A stretch of 64,000 nt of DNA from an uncultured delta proteobacterium (GTDB taxonomy: Bacteria; Myxococcota; Myxococcia; Myxococcales; Myxococcaceae), in NCBI GenBank assembly GCA_963713045.1, contig CAVQKE010000004.1:704001-768000 (forward strand). The letters run 5' to 3'. Made by a program: the position numbers and the translations under genes. How positions within the stretch are numbered: the first letter of the stretch is position 1; each line of letters begins with the position of its first letter. Shown piece by piece: positions 1 through 10,219 of the stretch. The notes below the pieces were generated by a model. That model saw only the letters and a program-made list of their open reading frames with translations. It did not search any database and was not told the DNA's origin.

Positions 1-159
1 GCCTTTGAGACCGAGGACTTGGAAGACCTCGAAGCCAAGGAAGACGAGGAAGACGCCGAGGAGGACGAGGACGACCTCGACGAGGATGAGGATGAGGATG
101 AGGATGAGGACGACGACCTCGATGACGACGAGGAAGACGCCGACGAGGACGAAGCCTAG
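1..159 (+). CDS. 3' end of a gene entering from the left; highly acidic C-terminal tail
   Basis: Frame 1 reads AFETEDLEDLEAKEDEEDAEEDEDDLDEDEDEDEDEDDDLDDDEEDADEDEA then TAG at 157-159; includes (GAGGAT)4 at 82-105. Confidence 0.75.
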   Translation, partial: AFETEDLEDLEAKEDEEDAEEDEDDLDEDEDEDEDEDDDLDDDEEDADEDEA

Positions 160-188
160 GCGCTGGGCCGCCGGTGCCCTCAGGACAG

Positions 189-226
189 GAAAGCCCGGCC
201 CCCCCTCCCAGAGTGGCCGGGCTTTC
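189..226. terminator. Probable bidirectional intrinsic terminator hairpin
   Basis: Perfect 12-bp stem GAAAGCCCGGCC / GGCCGGGCTTTC with 14-nt loop, between convergent genes. Confidence 0.6.
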
Positions 227-363
227 AACGGCAACCAGAAAACCAGAAGTCCGGATTGAGGGGTGCGGACACTCCTCCTCTGGTGAAAGCAGCGCGGCCT
301 TGCGTCAAAAAGTCCGGCGGTCGTATGACGGCGATGGGCAGACTGTCAAGACTTGCAAGGCAA

Positions 364-951
364 TTAGCTGCGCGCCCGGAGCGCCGCGGTCGACCCACGG
401 AAGGTGGCCAGCATGGAACGGACGTCCAATCGGGCGGTGCGCAGGAAGACCTTCAGCGCACGCTCGGCTGCCTGAGCCAGCAGATTCATCCGTTCCAGGC
501 GGGCGAGCCGTTCCCGGTCGACGCCGGAGGCGCTTGCCGCGACGCGCCGGGCCTCTGTCAGCTCGGCCCGAATGCGCGAAAGAAAGGCCAGCTCGCGCTC
601 TTCAATGACGCGGCTTACCATGCGCACCAGGTCGGTCTCAGACCGGTAGTGCCAGGCGCCCGTTCCGGGCTGACGCACCCGCTGCACCACGCCCCAGCGC
701 TCCAGGTCCCGCACCAGCATCGACACGCCGCCCTTGCTGAGCCCGAGCGCGGCCTCCAGCTGGGTGGCGCTCATCGCGGTCGCCCGCAGGTAAAGCAGCG
801 CCCAGACCCGGCCTTGGTTGTGCTTGAAGCCCCAAAACTCAATCACATGGCCCACCGCCTCAACGGCGATGGATTCCCAGCGGGGGAGGCCACCTTCCAG
901 CGGGTCGCCCGGGGAAACCATCGGCGCGTCGGACCAACCGAAGCCCTTCAT
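364..951 (-). CDS. GbsR/MarR family transcriptional regulator
   Basis: EFWGFKHNQGRVWALLYL, winged-HTH LGLSKGGVSMLVRDLERWGVVQRV; ATG at 951 overlaps the upstream stop (ATGA). Confidence 0.85.
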   Translation of the reverse strand: MKGFGWSDAPMVSPGDPLEGGLPRWESIAVEAVGHVIEFWGFKHNQGRVWALLYLRATAMSATQLEAALGLSKGGVSMLVRDLERWGVVQRVRQPGTGAWHYRSETDLVRMVSRVIEERELAFLSRIRAELTEARRVAASASGVDRERLARLERMNLLAQAAERALKVFLRTARLDVRSMLATFRGSTAALRARS

Positions 952-1934
952 GCCTGAATTCCCTCCTCGAAGGCCTGACCGAGGGCTTGCGTCCAAGCCA
1001 CCAGCTGCTCGCCGCCGGGCTCCTGGGCGTAGGCCCCCAGCGCGTCCAGCGCACGAGAGACTTCCCGGTGCAGTTCCGCTCGCGCCTCCCCCATCGCCGG
1101 CCCGGCGAGGACGGCCTGACCCACCTCGCGCACCCGCTCGTCAGGCATCGAGCCGAAAGCCCAAAGTTCCTTGAGGCAGCGGCGGACTTCCCCGTCGGCA
1201 GCGGCCGCGAACAGCAGGGGCAGCGACGGGGTGCGGGAGCGGATGTCGGCGAACGGAGGCTTTCCCGGGTCACCGCCGGTCAAGTCCTTCAAGTCATCCG
1301 CAATTTGAAACGCCACGCCTAGGTGTCGGCCGAAGGTGTCAAAGCGGCGCGCGACTTCCGGCTTCCCGGCCAACGTCGCCGCGGCGGCGCCACAAAACCC
1401 AAACAACGCACCAGTCTTCCCCTCGGCAATGCCCCTCAGCTGCTCGGGCGGCAAGGCGAGGTCTCCTCGCGCCTCGACCTCACCAATGGTGGCCCGGGTC
1501 ATTTCCGCCACCGTGGCGACAGCGCTGGCGGTCACTGCGCGGTCGAGCGTCGCCAACTCCTCCAGTGCCACGCAGAGGAGAAAGTCGCCGCCCATCACCG
1601 CGACGATGTTGCCCCACAGTGCATTCACCGTCGGCCGGCCGCGACGAAACATCCCCTGGTCCACCACGTCGTCGTGAAGAAGGCTGGCGGAGTGCACCAA
1701 CTCGGCGGCGACTCCCACGTGCAGCAGGGCGGCCGGGGACGCCCCCACCGCCCGGCCGAAGAGGTGGACCATCAGCGGGCGAAGCCGCTTGCCACCACCG
1801 CCGATGCACAGGTGCCGTGCAGCATTGCTCAGCGTCTCGGACGCGCTGACTCCGCGGCCAGCGCGCGTCAGGACCTGGCCGAGGCGGTCCTCGGTGGCCC
1901 CCAGAAATTCGTTCGCGGCGGGTGTCAGGTCCAT
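948..1934 (-). CDS. Polyprenyl diphosphate synthase (menaquinone side chain)
   Basis: GKRLRP, HDDVVD and ADDLKD Asp-rich motifs, RRGRPT, KTGALF. Confidence 0.93.
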   Translation of the reverse strand: MDLTPAANEFLGATEDRLGQVLTRAGRGVSASETLSNAARHLCIGGGGKRLRPLMVHLFGRAVGASPAALLHVGVAAELVHSASLLHDDVVDQGMFRRGRPTVNALWGNIVAVMGGDFLLCVALEELATLDRAVTASAVATVAEMTRATIGEVEARGDLALPPEQLRGIAEGKTGALFGFCGAAAATLAGKPEVARRFDTFGRHLGVAFQIADDLKDLTGGDPGKPPFADIRSRTPSLPLLFAAAADGEVRRCLKELWAFGSMPDERVREVGQAVLAGPAMGEARAELHREVSRALDALGAYAQEPGGEQLVAWTQALGQAFEEGIQA

Positions 1935-1938
1935 CGTC

Positions 1939-1968
1939 GGTTCACTACGTTCAAGACTACGTGAACTT
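1939..1968 (-). promoter_or_regulatory. Putative operator 1 (GTTCA-N8-TGAAC plus extra GTGAAC half-site)
   Basis: Minus strand AAGTTCACGTAGTCTTGAACGTAGTGAACC just upstream of the prenyl synthase ATG; 23/30 identical to 10183-10212. Confidence 0.6.
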
Positions 1969-2010
1969 GGCGCACTTGGCTCCGGTTTTCACCGGGCATT
2001 CTTCTCGGTC

Positions 2011-3480
2011 TCACAAGACCCTCTTCCGGTGTGCTGGGGTTTCCCTGCCGTCGGCCGCCTCGAGCTCCGCTTTCACCGCCAAGCGGTCCACCTTCTCCGC
2101 GGCTGTCCGCGGCAGCACCCGCAGGGCCACGACGTCGGCCGGGACTTTGAAGCCGGCCAATCGGCCGCGCAGCCATTCGAAGAGTCCCTCCGGCCGGGCG
2201 CCCGGGCGCAGCACCACTGCCGCCACCGGGACTTCGCCCCAGGTAGCGTCGGGGCGTCCCACCACCGCTGCCTCGACCACGGCCGGGTGGGAGCAGAGCA
2301 GCGCCTCCACTTCGGCCGGGTAGACGTTCTCCCCGCCCGAGATGATGAGGTCCAGCCGACGCGCCAACACCCGCAGCCGTCCGTTGGCGTCGAGGCTGCC
2401 CACGTCCCCGGTGTGGAGCCATCCCTCGGTGAGGGCCTCCGCGGAGGCCGCCTCGTCCTCGAGGTAGCCGGCCATCAGGGTGGGGCCTCGAACGTCAATG
2501 TCCCCAGCCTCACCGACGCCGGCCGCCTGGCCGTCGACTTTGACAATCCGCAGCTCAACCCCAGGCAGCGCCGGACCGGCGGTGATGCCGTCGGCCTCGC
2601 CCGGCCGCTCCGTGGCCACCTGAGAGCAAGCTTCGGTGAGGCCATAGGTTTGCAGCACCGGAAAGCCGGCTGCGCGCGCTTTTGAAGCCAGCTCGGGTGC
2701 CAGGGGGCCGCCGCCCACCAGCACCGCCCGTAGGACGCCCGGGCGCGCCCCGGCCTCCAGCGCCAGCGTCAGGGTGCGCGCGACCAGACTGGCGTGCGTA
2801 ATTCCCCCTTGGGACAGCGCACGCGCCGTTTGGAGGGCATCAAAGCGCCGGTGAAGGACGAGGGCGGCGCCGTCCACCGCGCAGCGCACCACCATGGCAA
2901 GCCCGCCGACGTGAAACAGCGGCAGGTTGCAAAGCCAGCGGTCCTCCTCGCTGCCCCCCAGGTTGGCCCGGGAGGCCGCCGCGCTGGCCAGGAGGGCCCT
3001 TACCGGAAGCCGGGCGCCCTTCGGCTGTCCGGTGGTGCCTGAGGTGAAGAGTACCGCCCAGTCGGCGTCCAGGGGCAGCCCGCTGCCTTCCGGCGGCGGC
3101 GCCGCGGGCTGTCGCGCCAGGGCCTCCAGCCTCTCCGCGTCCGGGAGGCGTTCGGCAAGCGCCTCCTCCGCAAGCAGTGCCCGCGGCCGAAGGCGCTGGA
3201 CAAGTCCGTCCAGCTCCGCGCGGGCCAAACGCGTGTTGAGAGGCGCGAGGACCGCTCCCAGACGACGCACGGCAAAGAGGAGCGCCACCGCCGGCAGCCC
3301 ATTCCAGGCGAGGAGCCCGACCCGCGCGCCCGGGCCGACACCCCGCGCGTGCAACCGGCCGGCCCAGGCTGCCACTTCGGCGTCCAACTCGCGAAAGGAG
3401 AGGCGCCGGGACTCCAGCACCAGGGCCACCCGGTGGGGTGCACGGAGGGCCATCGTCCGCACGGGACAGGGCGTCACCAT
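2011..3480 (-). CDS. menE: o-succinylbenzoate--CoA ligase
   Basis: AMP-binding motifs FTSGTTGQPKG, TYGLTE, LHTGD, IISGGENVYPAEVE; men cluster context. Confidence 0.9.
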   Translation of the reverse strand: MVTPCPVRTMALRAPHRVALVLESRRLSFRELDAEVAAWAGRLHARGVGPGARVGLLAWNGLPAVALLFAVRRLGAVLAPLNTRLARAELDGLVQRLRPRALLAEEALAERLPDAERLEALARQPAAPPPEGSGLPLDADWAVLFTSGTTGQPKGARLPVRALLASAAASRANLGGSEEDRWLCNLPLFHVGGLAMVVRCAVDGAALVLHRRFDALQTARALSQGGITHASLVARTLTLALEAGARPGVLRAVLVGGGPLAPELASKARAAGFPVLQTYGLTEACSQVATERPGEADGITAGPALPGVELRIVKVDGQAAGVGEAGDIDVRGPTLMAGYLEDEAASAEALTEGWLHTGDVGSLDANGRLRVLARRLDLIISGGENVYPAEVEALLCSHPAVVEAAVVGRPDATWGEVPVAAVVLRPGARPEGLFEWLRGRLAGFKVPADVVALRVLPRTAAEKVDRLAVKAELEAADGRETPAHRKRVL

Positions 3481-4535
3481 CCGAGGGCCTCCGGCAGGAC
3501 CCCGAGGCCCAGCTGGTCCCGAAGCTGCAGCGCGCCCCGCGCCACGGCGTGCGCGCCTGGGTCCTCGAGCAGCAGGGCGCCTGTGGCCAGCCCATGGGCG
3601 CGGGTCCCGCCGAGGGCCAGCGCCAGGTGCGCAGCGGCGGCACGCCCCACCGCGCCGTCCATGGCGCTCGTCACCACGGCATCCACCCCGTGGGCCCGCG
3701 CCCGGGCCGCCAGCTCCAGTGCATTGAGGAGGCCGCCCAACACCGGCAACTTGAGGATGAAGACGTCCGCGCCCGGCCCGCCCGCGGCGTCCAGGAGTGC
3801 ATCTGCGGCCCCGGCAACGCCGAGGGCCTCGTCGGCCGCCACCGGCAGAAGCCTGCGCAGTCGCCGCAGCCCGGAAACGTCGGCTGGACTGACGGGCTGC
3901 TCGACATATTCAAGTGCCACCGGGACCAGGGTCGCGAGCCGTACCGCAGCCTCGGCGTACGTCCAGGCCCCGTTGGCGTCCGCGCGAAGCCGGATGGCAG
4001 GGCCGACTGCCTCCCGCACTGCGGTCAGCTTCTCCGCGTCCTCCGCCGCAGAACCGACGCCGACTTTGAGTTTGAGCGTGCCAAAGCCTGAGGCCACGGC
4101 ACGCACTGCCTCCCGGGCGACCTCGCGGGCCGTGGCCCCCGTCAGCAGGGCATTCACTGGCACCGGCTCCACACGAGGCGCCCCCAACAGCATGGCCACG
4201 GCCACGCCTCGGCGCCGCGCCAACCAGTCCATAAGTGCCATCTCGACGCCCGCCCGCGCGGCTGGGGCAAGCCGCAACTCCGAAAGGGCCCCCGGGATGT
4301 CCGCCAGGCGCCCGGGCGGCTGACCCAACTGAAGCCGGCCGAGCGCCCCCACCGCCTCCGCCAAGGACTCCGTGCCGAAAGCCGGCAGCGGCGTCACCTC
4401 CCCAAGGCCCAGCGCGCCGCTGCCGTCGGTGAGAAGGAGCCGCAGTCCCTCCACCGCCTGCTGGCGCCCGTGGGCAGTGGCCAGGGGCACACGCAAGGGG
4501 AGACGGAAGGGCCTGGTCTGAAGCCGCAGCGTCAC
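3474..4535 (-). CDS. menC: o-succinylbenzoate synthase
   Basis: Enolase superfamily KLKVG, RADANGAW, YVEQP, ADEAL, HGLAT. Confidence 0.9.
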   Translation of the reverse strand: MTLRLQTRPFRLPLRVPLATAHGRQQAVEGLRLLLTDGSGALGLGEVTPLPAFGTESLAEAVGALGRLQLGQPPGRLADIPGALSELRLAPAARAGVEMALMDWLARRRGVAVAMLLGAPRVEPVPVNALLTGATAREVAREAVRAVASGFGTLKLKVGVGSAAEDAEKLTAVREAVGPAIRLRADANGAWTYAEAAVRLATLVPVALEYVEQPVSPADVSGLRRLRRLLPVAADEALGVAGAADALLDAAGGPGADVFILKLPVLGGLLNALELAARARAHGVDAVVTSAMDGAVGRAAAAHLALALGGTRAHGLATGALLLEDPGAHAVARGALQLRDQLGLGVLPEALGW

Positions 4536-5449
4536 ACCAGTCCTCCCCGCCAGAGGCCCACCGCCAGCAAAACCCCGTGGACGAGTTGCAACCGTGCGCT
4601 TTGACCCAGCGCTTGGTTGAGCACTGCGCCGCGTTGGCCGAGGACAAGGCGCAATGGCCCAAACACCAATGGGAGCGCGGCCAGGGACACCAGCACGGCG
4701 GCGCCCACCTGGCCCAGCGCCCAGGCCACCACCGGCGCGACGAAGGCGATGGCCAGCACCAGCAAGTATTCGCCACGGGCAAATCCCTGGCCAAAACGGG
4801 CAGCCAAGGTGCGCTTACCGGCGACTCGGTCGGTGTCGATGTCGCGGAGGTTGTTGACCACAATCAACAGCGTCGCAGTGCACCCCACGCTGAGGGCGGC
4901 AAGCCAAGTGGCCGCCGGCAGTCGGAGCGCCTGGACCCACACCGTGCCGGCAACGGCCACGAAGCCGAAGAAAAGCAGCACGAAGACCTCGCCCAGGCCA
5001 AGGTAGCCAAGGGGCGCCGGGCCGCCGGTGTAGGCCCAGCCGGCGAGAATGCTGCACAGGCCAATGGCCACCACGGGCCAACCTCCAGCGGCAACCAGGA
5101 GGAGTCCGACACAGACTGCCCCTGCGAAGCAGAGTGCGGCCGCGGCCAACACCGTCTGCGGCGGCACCAGTCCGGCCTGTGTGACCCGGACCGGCCCCAG
5201 TCGCTGGGGCGTGTCCGCCCCCTTGCGAAAGTCGTAGTAGTCGTTGGTGAGGTTGGTGCCGACCTGGATGAGGAGCGCACCCAGGAGCGCCGCCACCGCC
5301 AGCGGCCAGCGGCCCGCGCCGGCCCCGAAGGCCAGTCCCGTCCCAACGGCCACCGGTGCCAGCGCCGCGGTCAGCGTCTTGGGGCGAGCAGCGAGCACCC
5401 AGGTGCGCAGCCGTCCTGAGGACGCGAGTTGCGTCGAAGAGCCATTCAT
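4532..5449 (-). CDS. menA: 1,4-dihydroxy-2-naphthoate polyprenyltransferase
   Basis: [39 protein letters not shown] overlap with menB stop. Confidence 0.93.
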   Translation of the reverse strand: MNGSSTQLASSGRLRTWVLAARPKTLTAALAPVAVGTGLAFGAGAGRWPLAVAALLGALLIQVGTNLTNDYYDFRKGADTPQRLGPVRVTQAGLVPPQTVLAAAALCFAGAVCVGLLLVAAGGWPVVAIGLCSILAGWAYTGGPAPLGYLGLGEVFVLLFFGFVAVAGTVWVQALRLPAATWLAALSVGCTATLLIVVNNLRDIDTDRVAGKRTLAARFGQGFARGEYLLVLAIAFVAPVVAWALGQVGAAVLVSLAALPLVFGPLRLVLGQRGAVLNQALGQSARLQLVHGVLLAVGLWRGGLV

Positions 5450-6264
5450 GGGCGGCGGGGGAACTTGGAGAAGTCCGGCGGACGCTTCTGGACGTAGGCG
5501 TCGCGGCCTTCTTGGGCTTCGGCGGACATGTAGTAGAGCAGCGTCGCATTCCCAGCCAGCTCTTGAATTCCCGCTTGGCCGTCGAGCGCTGCGTTGAAGC
5601 TGGACTTGAGTAGCCGCAGCGCCAGCGGGCTCAGCTGCAACATCTCCTGGCACCACCGCACCGTCTCGGCCTCAAGCTCGGCGAGCGGGACAACGGCATT
5701 CACCAGGCCCATTCGCAGGGCCGCCTCGGCGTCGTATTGGCGACAGAGAAACCAAATCTCCTTGGCCTTCTTCAAGCCCACCAGGGAGGCCAGGGTGCTC
5801 GCACCAAACCCACCGTCGAAACTCCCAACCCGAGGGCCGGTTTGGCCAAAACGCGCGTTGTCCGCGGCGATGGTGAGGTCGCACACCACGTGAAGGACGT
5901 GCCCACCCCCAATGGCGTAGCCGGCCACCATCGCCACCACCGGCTTGGGGAGAGTGCGAATCTGTCGCTGCAAATCGAGAACGTTGAGGCGCGGCACCCC
6001 ATCCTGACCGAGGTAGCCCTCACTGCCGCGAATGCGCTGGTCTCCCCCCGAGCAGAAAGCCTGGTCGCCTTCACCGGTGAGAATGACCACTCCCACCTCT
6101 GGGTCCTCGCGCGCGTCCTCAAAGGCGGCGCTCATCTCGAAGAGCGTCTGCGGTCGAAACGCGTTGCGGACTTCGGGTCGATTGATGGTGACTTTCGCGA
6201 TGCCGTGCCACTTCTCAAAGCGAATGTCCTGGTACTTCCCTACCCGCTTCCAGCTTGCCTTCAT
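5446..6264 (-). CDS. menB: 1,4-dihydroxy-2-naphthoyl-CoA synthase
   Basis: [41 protein letters not shown]. Confidence 0.97.
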   Translation of the reverse strand: MKASWKRVGKYQDIRFEKWHGIAKVTINRPEVRNAFRPQTLFEMSAAFEDAREDPEVGVVILTGEGDQAFCSGGDQRIRGSEGYLGQDGVPRLNVLDLQRQIRTLPKPVVAMVAGYAIGGGHVLHVVCDLTIAADNARFGQTGPRVGSFDGGFGASTLASLVGLKKAKEIWFLCRQYDAEAALRMGLVNAVVPLAELEAETVRWCQEMLQLSPLALRLLKSSFNAALDGQAGIQELAGNATLLYYMSAEAQEGRDAYVQKRPPDFSKFPRRP

Positions 6265-7082
6265 CCGTTGCTCTCGCTCTCCACCAAGGGTCGTTCAATC
6301 CACGGCGTTGACAGAAACCCGGTGACTTCCCTGGCCCAAGCCTCCGGCACCTCCAGGTGCGGCGCGTGCCCCACCCCGGGGAAGACGTAACCCCAAACCA
6401 CCGGGAGCTCCGCCGCCATTCTCCGGGCGACGGCTGTAAACCGCTCGTCCCGCGCTCCACTGAGAAGCAGTGTCGGGGTGCGGATGCGGGGGAGCGCGGA
6501 CCAGTAGCTGGGCTGAGCACCGAGTCCAAGCCGACGCAGCGAAAGCGCAAGTCCCTCGGCGTTGCCGGCGAGACGCCGCGCGCGGAGGGCCGCTTGGACC
6601 TCGGCGGGAAGGCTTCGCACTCCGGCGAAGAGGGGGAGCGCCTCCCAGCGCTCGACAAAATCGGGGAGGCCCCGGGATTCGATGCGCCTGGCGAGCGCCT
6701 CGTCCAGTCGACGCCGCTCACCGCGGTTGTGACGTCGACGTAGCCCGGGTGAGCCACTCTCCAGCACCAATCGTCGCACGCGAGAGCCGGACTGCACCGT
6801 CAGACCGAGCGCCACCCGCGCTCCGAGGGAATAGCCGGCGACGTCCACCTCGCCAAGCCCAAGCCCGTCGATGAGCGCCAGCAGCGCGGCCAGGGTAGAC
6901 GCGAACGTCGTGCTCTCGGTGAAGGAGCTCTGCCCATGTCCGGGGAGGTCCACCGCGACCACGTCGGCGTGGGGTATCAGTCGCTCGCGCAGGTGCGCAA
7001 AGGTCGTGCGGTTGCCGGTGAAGCCATGCAACAGCAGCAGCGGAGGCCCATTCCCCGGCCAGCGTTCATAGCTGAGGTTCAC
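6261..7082 (-). CDS. menH: SHCHC synthase (alpha/beta hydrolase)
   Basis: [28 protein letters not shown]; between menD and menB. Confidence 0.92.
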   Translation of the reverse strand: MNLSYERWPGNGPPLLLLHGFTGNRTTFAHLRERLIPHADVVAVDLPGHGQSSFTESTTFASTLAALLALIDGLGLGEVDVAGYSLGARVALGLTVQSGSRVRRLVLESGSPGLRRRHNRGERRRLDEALARRIESRGLPDFVERWEALPLFAGVRSLPAEVQAALRARRLAGNAEGLALSLRRLGLGAQPSYWSALPRIRTPTLLLSGARDERFTAVARRMAAELPVVWGYVFPGVGHAPHLEVPEAWAREVTGFLSTPWIERPLVESESNG

Positions 7083-8827
7083 GGCACACCCTCCGCCGCC
7101 CGTGCCGCGCGCTCGACAAGCCGCTGGTGCAGCGCGACGTTGTGGGCACGGCTGGGCAAGCGTGCCTCCACCAGGTGCAGCCCACCGCGAAGGCCACCTT
7201 GCAGTGCCTCTCTCAACTCCACGGCGCTCTGCACCCGCGCATAGTGCGCGCCAAACAGCCGCGCGGCGTGCGAGAGCTCGAGCCCGTGCGGCGTAGCAAA
7301 CAGTGGTTCGAAGGCATCGCCCACCCCGGCCACGGGGAGAAAGGAGAAAATGCCCCCGCCGTCATTGTTGGCCACCACCACCGTCAGCGGAATGGCGGAC
7401 CGCCGAGCGATGAGCAGGCCACCCACGTCGTGGAGAAAGGCCAAGTCCCCGAGGAGCACCACGGTGGGCGAGCGGCTCGCGGCCGCCACCCCCAGCGCGG
7501 TGGAGACTGTGCCGTCAATGCCATTGACGCCTCGGTTGGCCAGCACGCGGATGCCGACGCCCTGGTTGGGTGCAAAGGACTCGATGTCCCGAATGGGCAT
7601 GCTGGAGGCCACCACCAGCCGGGCCCCTTCCGGAAGTGAGGAGACGACTGCGTGAGCGAGTTGGGGTTCGCTGAGGGGGCCGGCGGCGGACAAGGCCTCG
7701 GCCAGCATGGCGTCGGCGCGCGCGTCCGCTGCGAAGAATGCCTCCGCCCAGGCGGCACGTCCGGGCGGGGAGCCTGCGGTCAGCGCTGCGCAGGTGGCGG
7801 CCAAGTCGCCGGCCAGCACCAGGCTGGCCCGGTGGCTGGCATCGACAGGAGTCCCCTCTTCCGCCAGCAAGACGGTCCAAGCCCCACTGGCGTCCAGCCA
7901 CTGGCCGAGCCGTTTGGAGGACAGGCCTCCCCCCAGCCGGAGCACCAACTCTGGGCGAAGTGCCTCCGCCAAGGCCTCGCTGCGGACCAGCACGTCGGCA
8001 TGCCCCACCACCTGGCCAGCCCGGTGCCAGCGGACGTTGGAGGCGCCGTCGGCCACCACCGGGTAGCCGTAGGAGGCCGCCAGCGCCAACACGGCCGACG
8101 CCACGCCATCCGCAGCGGCGCGAGGGCCCACCACCACCAGCCCCTTCTCCGTCCCCGCCAGCCGACGTCGCAGCTCGGCCAGCGCCTCCTCCGGTGGCCG
8201 TCGGGTGGGTGCCGGCGAGGCGAGAAACGGGCCCTCCCGCCCCTCGCGCGCCAGGCGTTCCAGCCCCGCCACGTCTGGGGCATTCGGGCCCGGCACCAGG
8301 GGCTCTCGAAAAGGCACGTCGAGGTGCACCGGCCCTCGCGGCGCGGTCTGGCTGGCCGACACGCTGCGGGCCACCAAGGCGCGAAGGTGCTCCACGGCGG
8401 CTGAGGTTGGCTCCGGTGCGGCCAGTGTCACCGCCACCCGACTGAAGCGGCCGAAAAGGCCCTCTTGAGGCACCGTCTGCGGCGCGCCAAATCCGTGCAA
8501 TTCCCAAGGGCGGTTGGCGGTGAGAACCACCAGGGGGACGTGGGCCGCCCAGGCTTCCATGACAGCGGGAAGCAGGTGCGCGCCGGCCGTTCCGGACGTC
8601 ACCACCAGGGCCGCGGGCCGGCCCGATTCCAGCGCCAAGCCCAGCGCGAAAAAGCCGGCGGTCCGCTCGTCGACGACGCTGAAGACGGACAAGGCCGGCT
8701 CAGCTTCGGCGCAGGCCAAAGCCAGAGGAGCGCTGCGCGAGCCCGGGGCGACGACGGCGTACCGGACACCCCCGCGCACCAACTCCTCCACCAGCGCGCG
8801 AGCCCAGAGGGTGTTTAGGGAGGCCAC
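7079..8827 (-). CDS. menD: SEPHCHC synthase
   Basis: APGSRSAPLA, DERTAGFFALG, TSGTA, ANRGVNGIDG, GDLAFLHD, NNDGGGIF; GTG start with GGAG upstream. Confidence 0.95.
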   Translation of the reverse strand: MASLNTLWARALVEELVRGGVRYAVVAPGSRSAPLALACAEAEPALSVFSVVDERTAGFFALGLALESGRPAALVVTSGTAGAHLLPAVMEAWAAHVPLVVLTANRPWELHGFGAPQTVPQEGLFGRFSRVAVTLAAPEPTSAAVEHLRALVARSVSASQTAPRGPVHLDVPFREPLVPGPNAPDVAGLERLAREGREGPFLASPAPTRRPPEEALAELRRRLAGTEKGLVVVGPRAAADGVASAVLALAASYGYPVVADGASNVRWHRAGQVVGHADVLVRSEALAEALRPELVLRLGGGLSSKRLGQWLDASGAWTVLLAEEGTPVDASHRASLVLAGDLAATCAALTAGSPPGRAAWAEAFFAADARADAMLAEALSAAGPLSEPQLAHAVVSSLPEGARLVVASSMPIRDIESFAPNQGVGIRVLANRGVNGIDGTVSTALGVAAASRSPTVVLLGDLAFLHDVGGLLIARRSAIPLTVVVANNDGGGIFSFLPVAGVGDAFEPLFATPHGLELSHAARLFGAHYARVQSAVELREALQGGLRGGLHLVEARLPSRAHNVALHQRLVERAARAAEGVP

Positions 8828-10110
8828 GTCGTCTCCCCAAGCAACGCCTCCAGCATCGGCTGCGCCTTGCGCCCCGTCTCCGCCCACTCGCCGAGGGCGG
8901 TCGAGCCCTCCACCACCCCAGCCCCGACAAAGAGACGGGCGGTTGACCCCCGCACCAGCGCACAGCGCAACGCCACGCGGAGGTCAGCGGCGTCGGCGCC
9001 CAGCCAGCCGACTGCGCCGGCATACCAACCCCGCGCCAGGCGTTCGTGGGCGCGGAGAAAGCCTCGGGCGCGGTCCCGCGGGGCGCCGCACACCGCCGCC
9101 GTGGGGTGCAGTGCCAAGGCGGCTTCGGCCGGGGTGACACCGGGCCGCAGGGTCCCCGTCATCCGCGAATCCAAGTGCGTCACGTAGGCGAGAGACAGCA
9201 AGGTGGGGGGCGCGATTTCGACGCGTTCGGCCACCGTGTCCAGCGCAGTCCGGACGTCTTCCACCACCGCGCCGTGCTCGCGCACTTCCTTGGAGCTGTC
9301 GAGCCGGGCGCCCTCCCCCGGTGCGGCACTGCCGGCCAGCGCCTGCGTCCAGAAACGGCGACCTTCCACCCGCACCAAGCGCTCCGGCGAGGCACCGAGG
9401 AAACTGGTCCCGTCTGAAGCACGCACCGCAAACACCACCGCACCGCCGGGAGCAGTTTGGGCGCGCGCGACTGAGCGGCCCACGTCCAGCGGAGCCTCGG
9501 TCACCACTTCCAGGGCCCGGGCCAGCACCACCTTTCTGAGGATGCCCGCCCGCAGGGACTCGAGCGCACCGTCGAAGAGGGCCTGCCAAGCCAACCCATC
9601 CTCGCGCACCGAGAGAACCAGCGGCGCCCGGCCCTCCACCGCAGGCGGAGAAGCGGAGCGGCCAAGTGCCAGGTGAAGCGCCAACTCCGCCCGGGCGTGA
9701 GCCACCCCCTCGCCGTCCGGACCCACGGCCTGGTAGGCCGTCAGGCTCATCCCCTCGCGGCCCTCGGCCAGAAGCAACTCTGGAAGGAAAGCGCGCGCTG
9801 CGGGAAAACTCTCCCACCAGCCGTCGGTGGGCGCGCCGCCGTCAAAGGCGAAGCCGCAAAACCACGGGGCCGGCGGCGCCACCGCCGGACCGGTCACCTC
9901 CACTGGGGTTTGGCCAGCGGCGGCGAGGACGGACGCAGCGCTGGCGCCGCAGTGGACGGCCGCTTCGCCGGCGCCCTCCCAGCGCATCGCGCCCTCACTC
10001 CAGGCGAGGGACAGTGGGCCCAGGCTACGGCGCAGCCGTCGGTGTTCAGCGACGCCCAACCTTCGGGCCACGCCGACCACATGCGCGACAGTTGGCATGA
10101 CCGCTTCCAT
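8815..10110 (-). CDS. menF: Isochorismate synthase
   Basis: KVVLAR, GASPERL, ALAGS, KEVREH, LHPTAAVCG, RGWYAG, GAGVVEGS; ATG at 10110 after GGAGG. Confidence 0.9.
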   Translation of the reverse strand: MEAVMPTVAHVVGVARRLGVAEHRRLRRSLGPLSLAWSEGAMRWEGAGEAAVHCGASAASVLAAAGQTPVEVTGPAVAPPAPWFCGFAFDGGAPTDGWWESFPAARAFLPELLLAEGREGMSLTAYQAVGPDGEGVAHARAELALHLALGRSASPPAVEGRAPLVLSVREDGLAWQALFDGALESLRAGILRKVVLARALEVVTEAPLDVGRSVARAQTAPGGAVVFAVRASDGTSFLGASPERLVRVEGRRFWTQALAGSAAPGEGARLDSSKEVREHGAVVEDVRTALDTVAERVEIAPPTLLSLAYVTHLDSRMTGTLRPGVTPAEAALALHPTAAVCGAPRDRARGFLRAHERLARGWYAGAVGWLGADAADLRVALRCALVRGSTARLFVGAGVVEGSTALGEWAETGRKAQPMLEALLGETTWPP

Positions 10111-10182
10111 CAGCCTCCGCTGGCGGTGGTCCGGCAACTTCGGGTTGTTTTCTATGCTGCCCGTGCTAACCAATGCACGAAG

Positions 10183-10212
10183 AAGTTCAAGGTACCTTGA
10201 ACCTCGTGAACC
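10183..10212 (+). promoter_or_regulatory. Putative operator 2 containing perfect 18-bp palindrome GTTCAAGGTACCTTGAAC
   Basis: Palindrome 10185-10202 plus extra GTGAAC, in the divergent menF/aroF intergenic region; matches 1939-1968. Confidence 0.65.
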
Positions 10213-10219
10213 TCCGCTG

